In this document: one piece after another, positions 5,907 through 10,237 of the stretch
Position numbering within the stretch: the first letter of the stretch is position 1
Layout of the letters: the number at the start of each line of letters is the position of its first letter
DNA from: Candidatus Micrarchaeia archaeon
GTDB lineage: Archaea > Micrarchaeota > Micrarchaeia > CAILAH01
NCBI GenBank assembly: GCA_049970015.1
Contig: JBMFNT010000027.1
Coordinates: 1-10,237 of the forward strand
Length of the DNA: 10,237 nucleotides
Reading direction: 5' to 3'
The notes under the pieces: model-generated
Seen by the model: the letters and a program-made list of their open reading frames with translations, nothing else
Database searches by the model: none
What the model was told of the DNA's origin: nothing
Made by a program: the position numbers and the translations under genes

Positions 5907-6764
5907 GAGTGTTCTGGTCATATCAATATTATGTATATCCTGGTCGACTATTTCCTTCTCTTTTCTTTGGGGAAGTCCATCCTCATATGTTGGCTTTATC
6001 ACCTTATAGAATATTCCGATAGGTATGCGTTCATAGTTTGAGCTCACATCCTCAAGCGCCTTCTCATATGCCATTATCTTATTCGTTGTATCGTGCCCTT
6101 TAGCATTGAGGTCATATATGCGTGGCTTGTACCATTCTGCAGTATTTACCCTATTCCAAGAAGGACATATCTGCAATACATCAACCAGTGCAAACCCCTT
6201 ATGCTGAATAGCCTCTACAAATACTTGTGTCATGTGGGGAATATTCCCAGAGTATGTACGTGCAACAAATGTTGCATCTGAGGTAATTGCAAGCGCAAGC
6301 GGGTGGATAGGCTCCTCAAGCACACCGTGAGGTGTTGATTTTGTTTTCATTCCCTTCATGCTCGTGGGGGATACCTGGCCTGTTGTAAGGCCATATATCG
6401 CATTATTGTGCACTATATAAGTTATGTCAATGTTTCTTCTGCATGAATGTATAACATGGTTAAGGCCTATCCCATACCCATCTCCATCACCACCCATTGC
6501 AATTACCTTAAGGTTTGCGTTTGCAAGTTTAATACCTGTTGCAACTGGAAGTGTTCTTCCATGGAGACCCTCATACCCATATGTGCGTACATAATGTGCA
6601 TCTTTTCCCGAACACCCTATCCCTGACACAACCACAGTTGTGTGGGTTTCAGCACCAATCTTTGACAGTGCAGCCCTCAATGCCATGATTATGCCAAAAT
6701 TACCGCATCCCGGACACCACTGCGGCTGTTCCTTAGGTGTAAAGTCCATAACGCTTGCCATCAT
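5892..6764 (-). CDS. korB: 2-oxoacid:ferredoxin oxidoreductase beta subunit (TPP-binding); substrate specificity not determinable
   Basis: WCPGCGNFG, SGIGCSGK, LHGR, the TPP motif GGDGDG...N, and YGLTTGQ.SPT. Start is ATG 6764 or 6761 after SD GGGGTGG; the track's GTG at 6770 lies within the SD. Confidence 0.93.
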   Translation of the reverse strand: MMASVMDFTPKEQPQWCPGCGNFGIIMALRAALSKIGAETHTTVVVSGIGCSGKDAHYVRTYGYEGLHGRTLPVATGIKLANANLKVIAMGGDGDGYGIGLNHVIHSCRRNIDITYIVHNNAIYGLTTGQVSPTSMKGMKTKSTPHGVLEEPIHPLALAITSDATFVARTYSGNIPHMTQVFVEAIQHKGFALVDVLQICPSWNRVNTAEWYKPRIYDLNAKGHDTTNKIMAYEKALEDVSSNYERIPIGIFYKVIKPTYEDGLPQRKEKEIVDQDIHNIDMTRTLSKFE

Positions 6765-6773
6765 AACCACCCC

Positions 6774-8591
6774 CTACTTATCCCCAACAATGCGTGCTGT
6801 ATAGTACTCAACCGGGGCACGCTCATACACTACTGCATCCTTAACCTTGCCTGTAAGTATACGCTCTGCTTCTTCTGCAACATCTTCTGGGAAGAGAGGT
6901 CTTGCATCATATCTCAATATTGAACCAACAAAAGAAATACCTGTTTTCTCTCTTAGGTACCCTCCAAACTGTGCCGTACTGTTATTTTCAACAATCACAA
7001 GCTGGCCCTTATACTTTTCAAGAAGGCTTATTCCTTGCGAGTGAAGAGGATGGACACAGGAAAAATGCAATGCATTGGCCCGTATTCCTTTTGAATTGAG
7101 GATATCAACAGCCTCAAACACAGGTGTTTTGTGAGATCCCCAGCATACTAAAGTAATCTCTGCGTTTTCAGGGCCGTGCAATGTTGGGGGGATAAGATCA
7201 TTGTCCATAAACCTAACCTTCCTTGCCCTCTTGTCAACCATCTTCTTGCGTGTCTCAAAATGCTCTGTGCTGAATCCATTCTCCCAATGTTCATAAGATG
7301 TTGCCACATGCTCTCCACCCACAACACCGGGTATTGGCCTTGGTGAAACGCCATCCTCAGTAAACTCATACCTCTTAAACCTACTGTGCGGTGGCAACGG
7401 AGCCATATTCTCTTTTATAAGCTTGCCACGTTCTTTGGGTATTTCAATGAATTTTTCTGCAGGAACGCTCGATGCACTTTCTGATAGGAACTTGTCGGAA
7501 AGAACTATTACAGGGATCTGGTACTTTTCAGCAATATTAAACGCTTTCTGTGTTAGTATGTATGCTTCTTCCACATCGCCAGGTGCAAGGATAACCCTAA
7601 GGAAATCACCTTGTGATGCATGCATTGCAAACCGCAGGTCTGCCTGTTCAGTCCATGTGGGCATACCCGTGCTCGGCCCAGTCCTCTGTGAAAGCACTAC
7701 AACTACAGGGGTTTCTGCAAGTGCTGCCAGCCCCAATGCCTCTGCCTTGAGTGCAAACCCGCCACCAGAGGTTGAGCACATCGCGCGCACACCTGCATAT
7801 GCTGCCCCAATCACCATATTCATTGCAGCAATCTCATCCTCTGCATGCTTTACTATTATATTATAATCATACTCGTGTTCGGCAATGTAATGGAGGATGG
7901 ATGATGCCGGTGTCATGGGATATGCTGCAAAAAATCTCATCCCTGCTTGTATTGCGCCCGCACTTATAGCTTCATTACCTGTCATAACAAGCAGCTTTCT
8001 TGAGGATGCTTTCTTTGGAATTCTCACTGGGAAGTTCTCAACATTGTAATGCGATTTTACATAATCATAACCCCCACGGGCGCACTTTATGTTTATGTTC
8101 ACTACTTCCTCACCCTTTCTTCCAAATATCTGGCGTATCACATCCTCAAGCCTTTCTATATCATTTCCTATGAGCGCAAGCGATGCGCCCATAGCTACAG
8201 TGTTTTGCATAAGCATATCTCCCCCAGCATTGCGTGCAATGTCAAGAAGAGGTACATCGTAAAGGTTCAGTGTAGATGGTATGGAGATACCATCCAAATT
8301 AACATTTTTGCCATCGTAGATTACCCCTCCTGATGGATCAAGTTCATAGAGGCCTGATTGAATCGCAAACCTGTTAAGTGCAACGAGAAGGTGGCACTTT
8401 CTAACAGGTGCACCAATCTCTTTATCGCTTATCCTTACCTGTGTGGTATTTAGACCACCTTTAATAAGTGATGGGTATTCCGGATATATGTATGCATAAT
8501 ATCCGTTCCTTGTAAAAACCTTTGCAAAAAGCACCCCTGAACCCATTACGCCAAACCCTGCCTCACCACCTACCTTCCATACAAAATCCAT
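6774..8591 (-). CDS. korA: 2-oxoacid:ferredoxin oxidoreductase alpha subunit (fused gamma-alpha)
   Basis: 605 aa; N-terminal GGEAGFGV and EYPSLIKGG gamma domain, then GNEA, YPMTP, EDEIAA, TSGGGF and QRTGPSTGMPT motifs; SD GAGGTG at 8605-8600. Confidence 0.95.
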   Translation of the reverse strand: MDFVWKVGGEAGFGVMGSGVLFAKVFTRNGYYAYIYPEYPSLIKGGLNTTQVRISDKEIGAPVRKCHLLVALNRFAIQSGLYELDPSGGVIYDGKNVNLDGISIPSTLNLYDVPLLDIARNAGGDMLMQNTVAMGASLALIGNDIERLEDVIRQIFGRKGEEVVNINIKCARGGYDYVKSHYNVENFPVRIPKKASSRKLLVMTGNEAISAGAIQAGMRFFAAYPMTPASSILHYIAEHEYDYNIIVKHAEDEIAAMNMVIGAAYAGVRAMCSTSGGGFALKAEALGLAALAETPVVVVLSQRTGPSTGMPTWTEQADLRFAMHASQGDFLRVILAPGDVEEAYILTQKAFNIAEKYQIPVIVLSDKFLSESASSVPAEKFIEIPKERGKLIKENMAPLPPHSRFKRYEFTEDGVSPRPIPGVVGGEHVATSYEHWENGFSTEHFETRKKMVDKRARKVRFMDNDLIPPTLHGPENAEITLVCWGSHKTPVFEAVDILNSKGIRANALHFSCVHPLHSQGISLLEKYKGQLVIVENNSTAQFGGYLREKTGISFVGSILRYDARPLFPEDVAEEAERILTGKVKDAVVYERAPVEYYTARIVGDK

Positions 8592-8599
8592 TGTAAATG

Positions 8600-8635
8600 C
8601 ACCTCACAATCACTAAAGAGAGAAAACTTATAAAA
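8600..8635 (-). promoter_or_regulatory. TATA box and Shine-Dalgarno site of the korAB operon
   Basis: Minus strand TTTTATAAG (8635-8627) and GAGGTG (8605-8600). Confidence 0.6.
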
Positions 8636-8666
8636 TAATCTAAAATGAATTCGACAATTGTGAAAA

Positions 8667-8996
8667 TTAGAGGTATGTTTTTGGTATAAGTGGAGGTGCA
8701 ATGAATTCTACCTTCATCTGATCAACTATATTTCTCCCATCCTTTATTGCAAGCGTGTAAACGAGAACATATGTGCCAGAGCCCCTGTACATACGCTCCG
8801 CAACAAGCTGCCATTTCTTACCAGTTATATTCTGGTTCAGTATATCTCTATAATCCCTAACAAGCTTTCTCGCCCTGCGCACATACTTGAAATCTATGCA
8901 CTCCGGGCTCTTAAACTCACCCTCTGTATATGCAATGCCTTTTGGTTTATTTTGTAATGTATTCCAAAATTCTTTGAAAGTAAATGTCTGCTCCAT
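8667..8996 (-). CDS. Hypothetical soluble protein, 109 aa
   Basis: Fills the gap between neighbouring genes, has SD AAGGTGA just upstream and a TATA element further up; no motif recognised. Confidence 0.75.
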   Translation of the reverse strand: MEQTFTFKEFWNTLQNKPKGIAYTEGEFKSPECIDFKYVRRARKLVRDYRDILNQNITGKKWQLVAERMYRGSGTYVLVYTLAIKDGRNIVDQMKVEFIAPPLIPKTYL

Positions 8997-9026
8997 TCAC
9001 CATCACCTTGCTAGTGTATTTAGAAA

Positions 9027-9045
9027 GAAAAGTATTATATATATA
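9027..9045. promoter_or_regulatory. Bidirectional TATA element between divergent genes
   Basis: GAAAAG-TATTATATATATA; about 24-31 nt upstream of ATG 9066 (+) and placed to give a short SD-containing leader for 8996 (-). Confidence 0.55.
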
Positions 9046-9065
9046 GAATACATAACTAATTCTAT

Positions 9066-10237
9066 ATGGGAAGCTGCCTGGACAGGGCCATCCGTACATT
9101 AATCATATGCCTCATGCTATATGGTATGGTACATCCTGGACTTATAACCCCATATGGTAAGGAGAAGGCGTACACTGTACTCAACCTTAATTTAAAGTAT
9201 GTTGGGCAGGATAAGTATAACATTACTGCTTATTTGTATAATGCGTCCATATGGATAACGGAAGGCAAAGAGGAGAAAATATCAGGGGTAGAAGGTAGTT
9301 TTGCAAACCCAAGCCTGTACCTTACACCACTTGAAGGGAAAACAATCAAGTTTAGTATTGACGAAGCATCATGCACAACTGAGAGGGATGGGGGATGTAC
9401 GGTTGAGGTAGACCTTAACAACATAAACCTGGATAGTACTTGTGCTGAGGTGTACGCTGAGTTTGAAGGAGATGAATATAACGAGAATTCAAAGAGCCGT
9501 ACAGATAAGATATGTAAGAGCAGCCTGATTTCAATAATGCCAGCAATAGAAAAGACTGTTAAAGAGGTGTACAAGAATGAAGAATATACAAACACATGTA
9601 TAGTATTCTTTATACTGATTGGGTTTCTGATTGCTGGGTTATATGCGAGTGGCCATGACCCGTTACGATTGCTGGATATAACTACGCCACGGTTGCCTGC
9701 CGCAAGACGCAAGCCGGAGATTCACATACAGCTTAGCGAGGATACATTAAGAAGAATGAGACAAGAATGCGACAACATGAAGAAGCAGGTTGATGGTATT
9801 ATTGAGTCCACTGCAAAGGCGATAGCAAATGCTGGTGCCTTAAAATATGAAAATGAGATTAGCAAGCAGGCTGCAAGAAACCTGGACAAAGCTGAGATAA
9901 GGCAAGCAGTAGACAACCGCAAGAAAGAGCTATTTAAGGGTATAATAAACGACCTGGTTAAGATAAAGGAGGAATTCATGAGGAAGATAGGGGTTGCTAC
10001 TGCTGGGATGCCAACACTAAGGGCAATACTAGTAGAGAGAGATTTGCTAAATGAAATGTATATAAAAATTGGAAACAAGCTTATTGAGTATTCTGAGAAA
10101 AATGCCCCTGAAATATTGGGTGAAGTTAAGAAAACAAACAAAATGCTCAACAAAGTTTCAAGCAGGTATACACAAATGCTTCACCATACAAATCTCATAT
10201 CACTAAGGGAGAGAGGGCCTTATCGTGGAATGGGAAC
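9066..10237 (+). CDS. Large single-pass membrane protein, 3'-truncated (at least 390 aa): signal peptide, Ig-like ectodomain, TM helix, helical cytoplasmic region
   Basis: Not in the ORF track. Manual translation from ATG 9066 is open to the window end: MGSCLDRAIRTLIICLMLYGMVHP...PLEGKTIKFSIDEASCTTERDGGCTV...VYAEFEGDEYNENS...CIVFFILIGFLIAGLYASGHDPLRLLDITTPRLP... Confidence 0.88.
   Translation, partial: MGSCLDRAIRTLIICLMLYGMVHPGLITPYGKEKAYTVLNLNLKYVGQDKYNITAYLYNASIWITEGKEEKISGVEGSFANPSLYLTPLEGKTIKFSIDEASCTTERDGGCTVEVDLNNINLDSTCAEVYAEFEGDEYNENSKSRTDKICKSSLISIMPAIEKTVKEVYKNEEYTNTCIVFFILIGFLIAGLYASGHDPLRLLDITTPRLPAARRKPEIHIQLSEDTLRRMRQECDNMKKQVDGIIESTAKAIANAGALKYENEISKQAARNLDKAEIRQAVDNRKKELFKGIINDLVKIKEEFMRKIGVATAGMPTLRAILVERDLLNEMYIKIGNKLIEYSEKNAPEILGEVKKTNKMLNKVSSRYTQMLHHTNLISLRERGPYRGMG

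Noticed and set aside
6093..8333. Small ORFs inside korA/korB on either strand
   Set aside because: Fully nested in conserved enzyme genes with no independent support.
8887..10153. ORFs 8887-9102 (+), 9230-9712 (-) and 9722-10153 (-)
   Set aside because: Shadows of 8667-8996 and of the long plus-strand frame starting at 9066.

Overview
Archaeal chromosomal window, judged from TATA/BRE promoters, GGTG-type Shine-Dalgarno sites, near-leaderless genes and AGG/ATA-rich codons; a DPANN/Micrarchaeota-like origin is only an inference. From left to right: (1) a box C/D guide sRNA on the minus strand (92-153) with its own TATA box; (2) a divergent type IV pilus assembly module, consisting of a PilB/TadA-family ATPase with an N-terminal winged-helix-like extension and two T2SS-F/TadB-TadC membrane proteins, bracketed by a 12-bp direct repeat; (3) four adjacent nucleic-acid or nucleotide handling genes, namely a TRAM protein, a very compact RNA-ligase-like nucleotidyltransferase, an orphan PIN nuclease and an atypical HIT hydrolase, which may form an RNA cut/repair module; (4) a two-subunit 2-oxoacid:ferredoxin oxidoreductase; (5) a 109-aa hypothetical protein; (6) a single-pass membrane protein of at least 390 aa that runs off the right edge and is absent from the ORF track. 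No tRNA, rRNA, CRISPR array or transposase was seen. All family calls come from motifs read by eye, not from searches.
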